Positions 17,994 through 28,027 of a DNA stretch of 64,000 bases are shown here, piece by piece. Made by a program: the position numbers and the translations under genes. Below the pieces are notes generated by a model. The model did no database searches and was not told the origin of the DNA. It worked only from the letters and a program-made list of their open reading frames with translations. The first letter of the stretch is position 1; the number at the start of each line of letters is the position of its first letter. The DNA is taken from assembly GCA_047601445.1 (NCBI GenBank), contig JASGJH010000001.1, forward strand, positions 704,001 to 768,000. The letters run 5' to 3'. Source of the DNA: Myxococcales bacterium (lineage in GTDB: Bacteria > Myxococcota_A > Polyangia > Polyangiales > DASUME01).

Positions 17994-20576
17994 CTAGTCG
18001 AGCAGGTAGCGACGTAGCTGGCTGATGAAGGCGTCACGCTGCTCGGCGGCTGCGTCGGCCTCCACGTTGCCCTTCTCCGAGAACTTGAGCAGCCCGTGAT
18101 CCTTGAGGGCGAGCAGAGCATTCTCGAGCTTGGGCTTGGAAATGGACTCGCGGTCCTGGATCTCTCCAGCCAAGTACAGGCGTTGGCCGACCGCCAGCGC
18201 CTTCTTCATAAAGTCCTTACGCGAGAGCCCGCCGGCCGGCAGCTCTCCCAGGGCCTTGGCGCCGAGCCAGTAGGCCTCGAAATAACTGCGGATCATGGCC
18301 GCGTACACGCGCACGCGCTGCCCCGGGCGCCCCTCGGCGGTGCGGATGCGGTCGACGAAGCGCTCGACCTCTCCGGAGCGCAGCATGCCCTCCAGTGCGT
18401 CGTCGAAGATCTTCTCGAAGTCCGTGTCCGCGCGGTACATGAACTCGTACTTGAACAGGCGCGAGATTTTGCGCACGCGCTCGCGCAGCGTGTGCTCGGA
18501 GACGGCGTTCTCGTCGTCGCTCACCAACAGGGCGGTGGAGATGAGAGCGCTCGGCACGAAGAAGTGCACGATGTTGTTCTTGTAGTACTCGAGGGCGAGC
18601 CGGCGCTCTTCGGGCACCGTGTACACGGCGTCGCGACCGTCGCCGTGCTGCACCACCAGCTTGCCGTCGCGCAGCAGTGCTACGGCTTCGTCGATGGCGC
18701 GGGCGTTGATGGGGCCCGGGTCGTCGATGGTGGGCGCTAGCCGCGCGTCGAAGCGGCGCAACACGTCGCGCACCATGTTGGCCATCTCGTCGAGCTGCAC
18801 ACGCCCGAGGCCGCGTCGCCGGTGGGCCATCAGGCAGCTGGCGATCAGGGCTACGGGGGTCACCACGGTGACGCGGTTGATCTCGTAGGTGGCGCGGTGG
18901 CCGATGCGCTGCACCAGGTTCTTGCGCTCGTTCTCGTCGAGCTCCCCGGGCTCGCGGTGCGCGCTGCCACCTGCCTGCAGCGAGTCTTCGAGCAGCTTCT
19001 CGAAGGGCATGACATCGCCGAACTGGATGTACAGGCGACCGTAGCGCGAGCGCAGGACATCCGGCGTCTTGAGCAGCCCCCCGATGTTCTCCTTTTGCTT
19101 GTCGCCACCCGCCAGCTCGTCCACGTAGCTCTGCTGTTCGACGATGAGCTCGTAGCCTACAGAGATGGGTACGAAGTGCACCCGGCGGCCCTTGAGCGCC
19201 AGGCAGGCGTCGACCAGCATCGAGAGCAGACCGAACTTGGGCGGCAATAGCTTACCGGTACGCGAGCGACCGCCCTCGATGAAGAGCTCGATGTGGTGCC
19301 CGTCGAGCAACAGCTTGCGCATGTAGGTGTCGACGACGGACGAATAGAGCTTCTTGCCCTTGAAGCTACGCCGGATGAAGAAGGCGCCGCCGCGGCGCAG
19401 GATCGGCCCGAGCGGCCAAAAGCTGAGGTTGTCGCCGGCCGCGATGAGTGGTGGCGAGAGCTGGTGCGCGTAAAACACATCGCTGAGCACCAGATAGTCC
19501 ACGTGGCTCTTGTGGCTGGGCAGCAGGATCAACGGGCCGTGCCGAGCCGCCTCGCGCACGCGGGCCAGCCCCGCCTCGTCCACGTCGATGCCGTCGTAGA
19601 TCTTGTGCCACACGCGATCCAACAGCCGGTGCAGGATGGCGAGGGTGTAGATGTCGGGCGTGCCGCACAGTTTGCGCAGCTCCTTGTCGACCTCGGCCAC
19701 CACCTGGGTCTCGCTGCGGTTCGAGCTGCGCATGGCCTCCTGGATGTCCTTGCGCAGGCGCGGGCTCTTGATGATCTCCTCGCGCAGACGATGCGGGGTC
19801 TTCTTGGTGGGACCCACCACCAAGGTGCGCTCGCGCTCCATGCGCCGTGTGACCGCGTAGCGAACCTTCTCGGCGGCTTCCGTGTCGGAGAGTCCAGGGT
19901 TGGCCGTGAGGAAGGCCTTCAAATCGAAGGGCTCGCCGGTGCGCAATACGGCGTCGCGATAGTGGATGAGGAAGCGGAAGATGGAGCGCACGCGGCCCGG
20001 CCACTCCATGGGACCGAGCAAGAAATCCCAGGGGCGCCGCTGCTGTTGTCCAGCGATCTTTCCCCAGATGAACGTCTGCGGCACGAGCAGGATAGGGCGC
20101 TCGCTCTCGCGCTGCGCCGCGATCAGCGTGACCACCAGGTCGGTCGCCGGATCTTCTCCTTTGCGCGAGGTGGTGCCGATGCCGGGCGGTCTGCGCAGAA
20201 ACAAGAGCGCGCTCTGGTGCTGACGCAGCTTCTTGGCGAGCGCGGCCTGTTCGGAGGCTGCCTTGGTCTCGCCGCGCTTGGGACGCAGACGGCCGAACGG
20301 CCCCCACAACCACAGGCCGAGATCGTTCACGAAGCGCAGCAGAGGGAGCTCGAAGCGCTTGGTCAGGTAGTCGAGGCACAGGAAGTCGACCACCGACAGC
20401 GATCGCATCATGTAGACGACGGTCCCGCGCATGGCCGCGCTGCGGACCGCCTCGACCCACTGCGGATCCACGTGGATGTGCCGGAAGAAGCGGGCGGTGA
20501 GCCAGCGCAAGAAGCCGTTCGGTCGGTAGACGGGGGTACTTTCTTCGCGGCTGGCTTCAGTGATGGCAGCGGTCAT
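17994..20576 (-). CDS. plsB: Glycerol-3-phosphate acyltransferase
   Basis: HKSHVD (HX4D), GAFFIRRSF, FIEGGRSRTGK, ALEYYKNN. Confidence 0.88.
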   Translation of the reverse strand: MTAAITEASREESTPVYRPNGFLRWLTARFFRHIHVDPQWVEAVRSAAMRGTVVYMMRSLSVVDFLCLDYLTKRFELPLLRFVNDLGLWLWGPFGRLRPKRGETKAASEQAALAKKLRQHQSALLFLRRPPGIGTTSRKGEDPATDLVVTLIAAQRESERPILLVPQTFIWGKIAGQQQRRPWDFLLGPMEWPGRVRSIFRFLIHYRDAVLRTGEPFDLKAFLTANPGLSDTEAAEKVRYAVTRRMERERTLVVGPTKKTPHRLREEIIKSPRLRKDIQEAMRSSNRSETQVVAEVDKELRKLCGTPDIYTLAILHRLLDRVWHKIYDGIDVDEAGLARVREAARHGPLILLPSHKSHVDYLVLSDVFYAHQLSPPLIAAGDNLSFWPLGPILRRGGAFFIRRSFKGKKLYSSVVDTYMRKLLLDGHHIELFIEGGRSRTGKLLPPKFGLLSMLVDACLALKGRRVHFVPISVGYELIVEQQSYVDELAGGDKQKENIGGLLKTPDVLRSRYGRLYIQFGDVMPFEKLLEDSLQAGGSAHREPGELDENERKNLVQRIGHRATYEINRVTVVTPVALIASCLMAHRRRGLGRVQLDEMANMVRDVLRRFDARLAPTIDDPGPINARAIDEAVALLRDGKLVVQHGDGRDAVYTVPEERRLALEYYKNNIVHFFVPSALISTALLVSDDENAVSEHTLRERVRKISRLFKYEFMYRADTDFEKIFDDALEGMLRSGEVERFVDRIRTAEGRPGQRVRVYAAMIRSYFEAYWLGAKALGELPAGGLSRKDFMKKALAVGQRLYLAGEIQDRESISKPKLENALLALKDHGLLKFSEKGNVEADAAAEQRDAFISQLRRYLLD

Positions 20577-20729
20577 CGGACGCCCAAACCTAGCAAAGGC
20601 GCGCCGGTGCGGCTGGCCCGAAACCGCCACTGAGCCGATGTAATCTGGCTTTTTGCACAGGGCTGCCGCGGCGCGTCAGCCGGGGTGCCATGCGCGCCGG
20701 CAGTGCGGCTCTAGCGGTCGCCCCGCCGT

Positions 20730-21293
20730 TCAGGGAGAGGCTTGTGCGCCGCTGGCCGAAAAGTCCGCGCTCAAGCTGCGCCGCTCGGCGCGGGAGATCG
20801 TGATCGCATCGAGCACGCGACGCGTTCCGCGCGATTCGATCTCGACGCTGTAGGTCCCGGCGCTGACTCGACTGGTCACACCGGCAGTCAGCGTGGCGAT
20901 GACGTCCTTGCCTCGCAGCAGCCTGATGGTGCCCACCGTGCGTCGGCCGTCCCGGGTCAGCTCCACCAGGATCTCGCCGGTCTCGAAGCTGGCCCGGGCC
21001 TTCGTGAGCTCACCCACGCGCGCTTCGACGCGCTGCTTGGAGGTCGGGGCGTCGATGGCGCCGTCGAGGGTGATCTGCAGGTCGTAGCCGCCCGGCGGAA
21101 CCTCCTGAGCGCGGCCGCAGCTGCCCTTGGCGATCTGGGTTTCCCCGGACATCACGCGGAAAGAACCCAGGGCCGGCTGGCCATTCTCCTGCACCTCGCA
21201 GTCGACGCGGGCGCTCGGGGCAGCGGCCACCGAGGTCGCCGACGACACGCCCAGGAGCGCTGAAATGGCGAAAAATACGAAGGACTTGCGCAT
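20730..21293 (-). CDS. Secreted hypothetical protein (beta-sandwich/PEGA-like repeats)
   Basis: Signal peptide MRKSFVFFAISALLGVSSA; two PGGY/AGTY-containing beta-rich units. Confidence 0.6.
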   Translation of the reverse strand: MRKSFVFFAISALLGVSSATSVAAAPSARVDCEVQENGQPALGSFRVMSGETQIAKGSCGRAQEVPPGGYDLQITLDGAIDAPTSKQRVEARVGELTKARASFETGEILVELTRDGRRTVGTIRLLRGKDVIATLTAGVTSRVSAGTYSVEIESRGTRRVLDAITISRAERRSLSADFSASGAQASP

Positions 21294-21420
21294 GTAATCG
21301 ACTTTCTGGGAGGGCCTGCGCCAGGTCCCGAGCCCGGAACTCGGCTGGCCGCCGTTCCGCTGCGTGCGGAGCCCCATAGCAAGCCGAACCGGGCTCCGAA
21401 AGCAGCGTGTGCGCCTGAGC

Positions 21421-21450
21421 TTGACAGGGCACTCGGCCAAGCTAACACTT
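21421..21450 (+). promoter_or_regulatory. Candidate sigma70-type promoter for rplM-rpsI
   Basis: Perfect TTGACA at 21421; imperfect -10 (TAACACT). Confidence 0.45.
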
Positions 21451-21565
21451 CGCCTCCCGTTCGGGTCGGCAATTGCCTTTAGGTAAAAAGGTTGGCCTCC
21501 GGGTCAGGTTCAAGGCTTCGGTTCCTCGTAAGAGGTGCCGACTGCAAGAGAGACGGAAGGTATCG

Positions 21566-21994
21566 ATGCGCACGCTCAGCGCCAAGGCCGAAGAAGTAAA
21601 CCGCCGTTGGTTCGTGGTGAACGCCGAAGGCAAGACCCTCGGCCGTATCGCCACCCAGATCGCTGCGGTGCTTCGCGGCAAGACCAAGCCCGAGTACACG
21701 CCCCACGTGGACACCGGTGACTTCGTGATCGTCATCAACGCCGAGAAGGTCAAGGTCACGGGCGCGAAGCTCGACCACACCTTCTATCACCGGCACCTCG
21801 GTCGTCCCGGCGGCATGCTGGAGTTCACCTACCGCGACGCGCTCGACAAGCGTCCCACTTTGGCCATCGAGCACGCCGTCAAGGGCATGCTGCCCAAGAA
21901 CCCGCTCGGCCGTAAGATGGCCACCAAGCTCAAGGTCTACGCCGGTGCGGCTCACCCGCACGCCGCGCAGCAGCCCGAAAACCTCGCGGTTTGA
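21566..21994 (+). CDS. rplM: 50S ribosomal protein L13
   Basis: [33 protein letters not shown]. Confidence 0.98.
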   Translation: MRTLSAKAEEVNRRWFVVNAEGKTLGRIATQIAAVLRGKTKPEYTPHVDTGDFVIVINAEKVKVTGAKLDHTFYHRHLGRPGGMLEFTYRDALDKRPTLAIEHAVKGMLPKNPLGRKMATKLKVYAGAAHPHAAQQPENLAV

Positions 21995-22022
21995 AGATTA
22001 AGCAAGAGAGATAGGACCCCAG

Positions 22023-22427
22023 ATGCCTCAGGCGATCATTCACGGCAAGAACTACGGCACGGGCCGCCGCAAGACCGCGGTCGCGCGCGTTTTCCTCAAG
22101 TCCGGCGAGGGCAAGATCTCGATCAACGGCCGCACGCCGGAGGATTACTTCCCCCGCGAGACGCTCCGCATGATCATGGGCCAGCCCTTCGACGTGCTCG
22201 AGAAGCAGGGCCAGTTCGACGTGGTGGTCAACGTTCACGGCGGCGGCATCGCAGCGCAGGCTGAGGCCGTTCGTCATGGCATCTCGCGCGCCCTGCTCAG
22301 CGTGAGCCCCGAGTACCGCACGCCCCTCAAGCGTGCCGGCTACCTCACGCGTGACTCGCGTAAGGTCGAGCGCAAGAAGCCCGGTCGTCCCGGCGCACGC
22401 AAGCGCTTCCAGTACTCGAAGCGCTGA
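22023..22427 (+). CDS. rpsI: 30S ribosomal protein S9
   Basis: [30 protein letters not shown]. Confidence 0.98.
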   Translation: MPQAIIHGKNYGTGRRKTAVARVFLKSGEGKISINGRTPEDYFPRETLRMIMGQPFDVLEKQGQFDVVVNVHGGGIAAQAEAVRHGISRALLSVSPEYRTPLKRAGYLTRDSRKVERKKPGRPGARKRFQYSKR

Positions 22428-22452
22428 TCCCAAGCTTCTGGTTTCACACCGC

Positions 22453-22490
22453 GCGCGCCATCAGGGATCTGGTGGCGCGTTCGTCGTTTT
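22453..22490 (+). terminator. Probable intrinsic terminator after rpsI
   Basis: CGCGCCATCAG-GGAT-CTGGTGGCGCG hairpin followed by a T-rich tract. Confidence 0.6.
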
Positions 22491-22522
22491 GGGCGTGCAC
22501 TTGATAGCCATTGGAGTTCGCA

Positions 22523-23588
22523 ATGCAGCTGGAGCAGAGCACAGGCAAGGTCCGCGTCGCTGTCGTGGGGGCCACCGGATATACCGGGTCCGAGCTGCTG
22601 CGACTGATTCACGTGCACCCGCGAGCCGAGGTGTCGGTGGTGGCGGGGCACGGCAAGGCCGGTCAGAAGATCGCAAACGTCTTGCCCAACCTCCACGGTG
22701 TCTACGCGGGCGAGGTCGTGGCTGCGGATCCAGCCGCCATCGCGGCGCAGTGTCAGGCTGCTTTCTGTGGCTTGCCCCACGGAGCTAGCGCCCCCATCGT
22801 GCGGGAGCTGCGCGCGAAGGGCGTGATCGTGTTCGATCTTTCGGCCGACTTCCGGCTCAAGGATTCTCGCGGTCTATCGCGAGTGGTACGGCGAGCACGG
22901 CGCGCCCGAGCTCAACCCCCAGGCGGTCTACGGCCTGTGCGAGTTCGAGCGGGAAGCCATCGCCAAGGCCGACCTCGTGGCGGTCCCCGGCTGCTACCCC
23001 ACGGCCACGTCGCTGGCGCTCGCGCCGCTGGTCAAGGCCGGCATCATCGACCTCGACAGCATCGTAGTGGACGCCAAGAGCGGCGCCTCCGGCGGCGGGC
23101 GCGGACTCGCGGAGAGCTTCCATTTCTCTCAGCTGGCAGAGGGCTTCCGGGCTTACAAGGTCGGCGGGCTGCACCGCCATACCCCCGAGATCGAGCAAGC
23201 GCTGGGTAAGTACGCAGGGCGTTCGGTGCGTATCACCTTCACGCCGCACCTGGTGCCCATGATCCGAGGCATCCTCTCGACCTGCTACGCCAAGCTCACC
23301 CGGGACGCGAACCGCGAAGAGTGCACCGAGCTGGCGCGCGCCATGTACCAGGGGTCGCCTTCGGTCACCGTGCTCGAGCCCGGCGAAAACCCCGATACGG
23401 CCTGGGTCAAGAGCTCCAACCGCTGCTTCCTCTCGTACACCGTGGACAAGCGCACGGGCCGCGTCATCGCGCAGTCCGTAATCGACAACCTGGTGAAGGG
23501 CGCCTCGGGACAGGCCATCCAGTGCTTCAACCTGCGTTTCGGGTTCCCGGAAGGGACGGGGCTCGAGGGCGTGGGCACGTTCCCATGA
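22523..23588 (+). CDS. argC: N-acetyl-gamma-glutamyl-phosphate reductase; apparent +1 frameshift at 22862-22866
   Basis: GATGYTG and DLSADFRL in one frame; PGCYPT, KSGASGGGR, HRHTPEI, DNLVKGASGQA in the next; deleting one T restores a 354 aa ORF. Confidence 0.93.
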
Positions 23589-24490
23589 TGCGAGTCCTTC
23601 ACTTCAGTGATGTCCACGTGCAAGAGGCCTTCAGCGCCATGCCCGTGGGGGAGCTGATGGGGAAGCGCCTGCTCGCGGCTGGTAACCTGTTCCTCGTGCG
23701 CGGTCGCCTGTTCAAGGACGTGCCGCAAAAATTGCAGGCCCTCGCCGAGTTCGCCCGCAGCGAGCAACCGGACCTGGTGATCTGCACCGGGGACTACACC
23801 GCGGTGGGCAGCGAGGCCGAGTACGCCGCGGCCCGGCGCGCCATGGAGCCGTTCCTGAAGGCTCCGCTAGGCTTCTGCACCGTCCCGGGCAACCACGATC
23901 TCTACCTGTCCGACACGCTCCGCGAACGACGCTTCGAGCGGCATTTCGGCGATTTGCTGCAGACAGAACTGCCCGAGCTCGCCGTGGACGGGCTGTTTCC
24001 TTACGTGCGCTTCGTGGGCGATCAGCTGGCCGTGGTGGGCATCAACAGCGCCAAGCCGAACCCCAATCCGTTTGCCTCGTCGGGCTACGTGTCGGCCGCC
24101 CAGCTCACGGCGCTCGAGCATATTCTCCGGCATCCGAAGCTCGCCGACCGCTGGACCTTCGTGATCACGCACTACGGGTTCCTCCGCGAAGACGGCACGC
24201 CCGACAAACCCAAGCACGGCCTCGACAACGCGAACGAAGTGCTCCAACTCTGCACGCGTCCGCGCGTCGCGCTGCTGCACGGCCACATTCATCACAACTT
24301 TTCGCACGCGCCTACGGCGGAGCATCCCTGGCTGTTTTGTGCCGGCAGTGCGACCCACAGAGGCAGGGAAGGGCTGTGGATCTACGAGTTCGAGGGCGCT
24401 CGTGTGCGTGCGATCCCGGGCCAATGGGATCGAGATCGCTACAAACTCGAACACTCTCGAAGCGTGATCTTGAGCGCCGAAGGGCCCTGA
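23585..24490 (+). CDS. Calcineurin-like metallophosphoesterase
   Basis: SDVH, TGDY, PGNHD, H, HGHIH motifs. Confidence 0.88.
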   Translation: MMRVLHFSDVHVQEAFSAMPVGELMGKRLLAAGNLFLVRGRLFKDVPQKLQALAEFARSEQPDLVICTGDYTAVGSEAEYAAARRAMEPFLKAPLGFCTVPGNHDLYLSDTLRERRFERHFGDLLQTELPELAVDGLFPYVRFVGDQLAVVGINSAKPNPNPFASSGYVSAAQLTALEHILRHPKLADRWTFVITHYGFLREDGTPDKPKHGLDNANEVLQLCTRPRVALLHGHIHHNFSHAPTAEHPWLFCAGSATHRGREGLWIYEFEGARVRAIPGQWDRDRYKLEHSRSVILSAEGP

Positions 24491-24619
24491 TTTGCGCTTT
24501 CGTTGGCCCTCGGTCGAAGTGGGCGTAGCATGTACGTTGTGGTGGTTGATTGTCGGGAAATCGGGACCGGCAAGCAGCTCGCGGGCAGAACTGCTCGCTT
24601 CGACCACGGGAGTGCTTAC

Positions 24620-25132
24620 ATGCGAACTGGCTCCAGGAAACGACGCAGCCTCCGACGCGCAGTAGAGCTCGAATGCGCTCTGCAGAGCGATTTGTGGGAC
24701 GGCATGGTTTCCCTGGCCGCGACGAACGTGTCCAACGAAGGTGTTTGGATCGACACCCCGTACACGCTCGACCCCGGCGAAGAGCTGGTGCTTTCTTTTC
24801 TTCCGCCAGGAGCGCGCCAAGGCGAAGAGGTGTGGGCCGTGGCCGAGGTTGCGAGAGTGGGGATATGGCGCCGCAGGTTGGACCCCTGGCCAGCGGGCAT
24901 GGGCCTCACGTTTCGCTACCTGAGCAACGTTGACCGCCACTTCCTGGCGCGCTCCCTGGTGGGGTATCCGCCGCGGCTTCCGCGCCGCCGTGGGCCGCCT
25001 CCGCTGCCGGGAACGCGCGGCCACTACGGCGGCGACGAGCGGCGCACGCACGCCACGGTGCTGAGCTTGGTCGACGTCACCTTTCTCGACACGCCGATGC
25101 GCGCTTCGAGCGAACGCCTCAAGCTCCTCTGA
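24620..25132 (+). CDS. PilZ domain protein
   Basis: RRSLR (RxxxR), NVSNEG (NxSxxG), GMGLTF. Confidence 0.75.
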   Translation: MRTGSRKRRSLRRAVELECALQSDLWDGMVSLAATNVSNEGVWIDTPYTLDPGEELVLSFLPPGARQGEEVWAVAEVARVGIWRRRLDPWPAGMGLTFRYLSNVDRHFLARSLVGYPPRLPRRRGPPPLPGTRGHYGGDERRTHATVLSLVDVTFLDTPMRASSERLKLL

Positions 25133-25191
25133 CCAGCGTGCCCTTCCCGGGCACGCCAGCGCCAGTCGCGGCGCCAGCGTCGGTCAGCGAG

Positions 25192-25602
25192 CTAGTTCTC
25201 GCCGTCGCGCAGATAGGCGACCGTGCGCACCAGGGAGACGATGCGCTCGCGCATCTCCGAGTTCAGATCGCGAAAGCTCACGCCCATGCCGGGATTGAGG
25301 TTCTCGTCGAAGGGACGCCATGGGTTGATCCAGGTGACCTCGCCTCTCAGCTCGATGGGCTCCTGGCCGTCCGGCGTGAAGCGCAGGTGCAGCAGGGTCC
25401 CGATCGGCAGTGGCTGATCCGAGCGGATGAAGATGCCCATCTCGCTGATGTTCTGGATGTACGAGAAGAGAAAGGTGTCGCCACTCGAGTAGTCGACCGA
25501 GATCGAGGTCTCATAGCGCTCGTACTGGCGCCGCTCGATCCCGCTCTTGGCCGGCTCGCTCTTTTCGGCTTCCTGGATGCCGTGTTCAGTTTGCGTCTCC
25601 AC
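25192..25602 (-). CDS. TIGR02266-family PilZ domain protein
   Basis: RQYER, NISEMGIFI, PGMGVSF, LVRTVAYL. Confidence 0.85.
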   Translation of the reverse strand: METQTEHGIQEAEKSEPAKSGIERRQYERYETSISVDYSSGDTFLFSYIQNISEMGIFIRSDQPLPIGTLLHLRFTPDGQEPIELRGEVTWINPWRPFDENLNPGMGVSFRDLNSEMRERIVSLVRTVAYLRDGEN

Positions 25603-25620
25603 GCGACCCTCCCATCAGCT

Positions 25621-27982
25621 TCATCGCACTTCGAACTCGCCGGCCCGCAACCGGTCCTGTCCGTCCTGGGGGCCCTCTACGACCTTGAGCCTGGTTTCTC
25701 CCCTGAAGAAGCCAATGTTCAACGTGTAGCGTCCGGGGCGTGAGGTGGCCGGCACGGGGATGTCCTGTCGGTCCACGATCACGTCTCCTTCGTCCCATAG
25801 CCTCACTGGGTACTTCCCGTCTACAGGTTCGTGGTCGCCGTTGATGCGTTGATTCGGTGCGTCAACGTGGAGAAAGATTTTGTACGTCCCCAAATTGCCC
25901 TGGAGGGCGCGCCAAAACCAAGTGACATGAGCCACTTGGCCCGCTCCCACGTAGTCCTTGCCGCCGAGGTCGAGGGTGTAACCGACCAGCTCTATTTTGT
26001 CCTCGAAGCGGGCGTGAACCGGGTGCTGGACGGTCGGCTCGCTGGTGCGCACGAAGCGCGCGATGGGATTGAGATCGTGTTGGCCCTTGATGGGCTGCGA
26101 AACCACCAGCGTAACCCGCGCGTTTTCGGCGCTCGGCACGAACAAATGCCTGTGCGTCTTGCGGCGAAAGGCCACGTCGATGTCGGCCAGCTGATCGCTC
26201 GGGATCGCGGCCCAGCGGCGCTCGCTGCCGGCGCTCAGGTAGTCGATGAGCTCGGGGCGCGTCTTGATCTCGCGGATGTCGCCCTTGGCGTAGTAGTGCG
26301 CTGCACCACTTTCCACCTGGTGCTGCACGAGCGGTTCTCCGGGCGCTGCGAGGCGGTTGTAGGCATCGAAGAGCTTCGCGGGCGAGAACTGCGCGCTGAG
26401 TTCCGGGACGAACGACACACTCGTGTACATAGCGAGGCCCAGTGCGACGGCGAACATTGGCACATGACGCAGCGCAGCGAGACGCGAGCTGTAGTGGAAC
26501 ACCAGTTGTCCGAGCGCGACGCCGAGAGGCAGCGCAAGTGGCAGCACACCCGCGACCTTGCCGATGCGACGGGCGAGGGAGGTCAGGGGCACGCTCGGCA
26601 CGAAGCTGAGCACGCCGAAGAGGAGCAGACCCAAGAGCAGTAGCGCCGCCAGGATCAACCACGCCTTGTGTCCGCGGCTTTGGCGAAACAGGCGCACCGC
26701 GCCGCGATAGGGCGCTCGCAGATCAAGCGCGCTCGAGCGTTCGCTGGCCATGGATGAGAGCGCGAGCGCGAGCGCGAACGCCCCCAGCAGCGCCGACCAG
26801 GCGCGCTTGGGATTGAAGGCGGGCGGAAGCTTGGTGTCGCCCAGTACCAGCCCACCGAGCGGGCTCGCGGGGTAGAGCGCGAAGTCGCGGATGATGAGGC
26901 CCACTAGCAGGAGCGCGATCACCGCCTCCGGCCAGAAGCTACGCGTGCGATCGTCGCGATCGCTCAGCCACAACGCTGCGGCGATGGCAAGCGCAGCTGG
27001 AGCCGGGAACGGCGTGCTGCCGTAGGAGCTCATGAACAGTGTTTGAGCGGCGTAGGCCAGGCTCGCCCACGCGATGCACAGCAGGCGCAGCGGTTGATCT
27101 GCACGCGCATCGAGCCGTAGGAGGGCTCCCAGGGCCACGGGCAGCAAGGCGCTCCAGGGGGCGAAGGAATGGAAGAGTTGCTCGACCACGCGATCGTAGC
27201 TGGGCACGGAACCGTCGTTGGGCGCTCCGCCGAGCCACAGGCTGTACTCGGCTTCCCGCCGAAGCACGGCGCGCACCACCGCGATCGAGACGAACGAGGC
27301 CGCCGCGATGACCAGCCAACGCGCCCGCTGACGGGCGACCGAGTCGTCCACCGGGCCGCGCAGCAGAGACACCAGCGCGACTGCACCCAGCGCGGGCAAG
27401 ACTGTCAACATCACGCCCGTGGAGAAGGCGCCCAGCACGGCACCCAGGAGCGCGAGCGTCAGCCAGGCATAGGGGGCCCATGGCTGCTCGTCGGATACGC
27501 CCTCGCGGGCAGCAGGAAACACGGCGGCTGCCGCTCCCCAGAAGACGAGGGCAGCGGCCAGAAAGCCAGGGCTGCCTCCGAGCAGCAGGCGCGAGTGAAG
27601 CAAGAAGTAGGGCGTGGTACCGAGGATCACCACCGCGTAGAGTGCGCTGCGTGTGCCAGCCAAGCGACGCACACACAGGCCGCATGCGAGCAACAGCGCC
27701 AGACCGGCCAAGGCGATGGGCGCGCGGCCGGCCCACTCACGGACCCCGAAGCTCGAGAACCCGAGGGCCACCAACCGCAGCGCGAGCGTACGAGGCTCGC
27801 TGCTCGGGAGATTGCCAGCTACCAGCTGACGCGCCTTGTCGGCGCTGCCGAGCTCCCATGGATCCCAGAATCCCGAAGTTGGCGAGTCCGAGCAGCGTGG
27901 CACCCATCAACGCGACCAACGCGAGCAAGGCGAGTGGCTGGCCGAACCGAAGAGAGTGCGGGGAGCGAGCGTCCGACGTCAT
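25621..27982 (-). CDS. GT-C fold membrane glycosyltransferase (ArnT/PMT-like) with C-terminal extracytoplasmic Ig-like domain; apparent +1 frameshift at 27868-27872
   Basis: TM1 followed by WDPWE once one base is removed, GVREWAGRAP, many TM helices, C-terminal KIFLHVD...NGDHEP domain. Confidence 0.75.
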
Positions 27983-28027
27983 GGGTCCGCGACGCGGATA
28001 CCACACCTGGGCCGCCAAAGCAGCGGT

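Noticed and set aside
22523..23588. argC (and four other split genes) as true pseudogenes or programmed frameshifts
   Set aside because: Only single-base insertions with no other decay, no slippery heptamers, and a shared GATC context; sequencing artefact is more parsimonious
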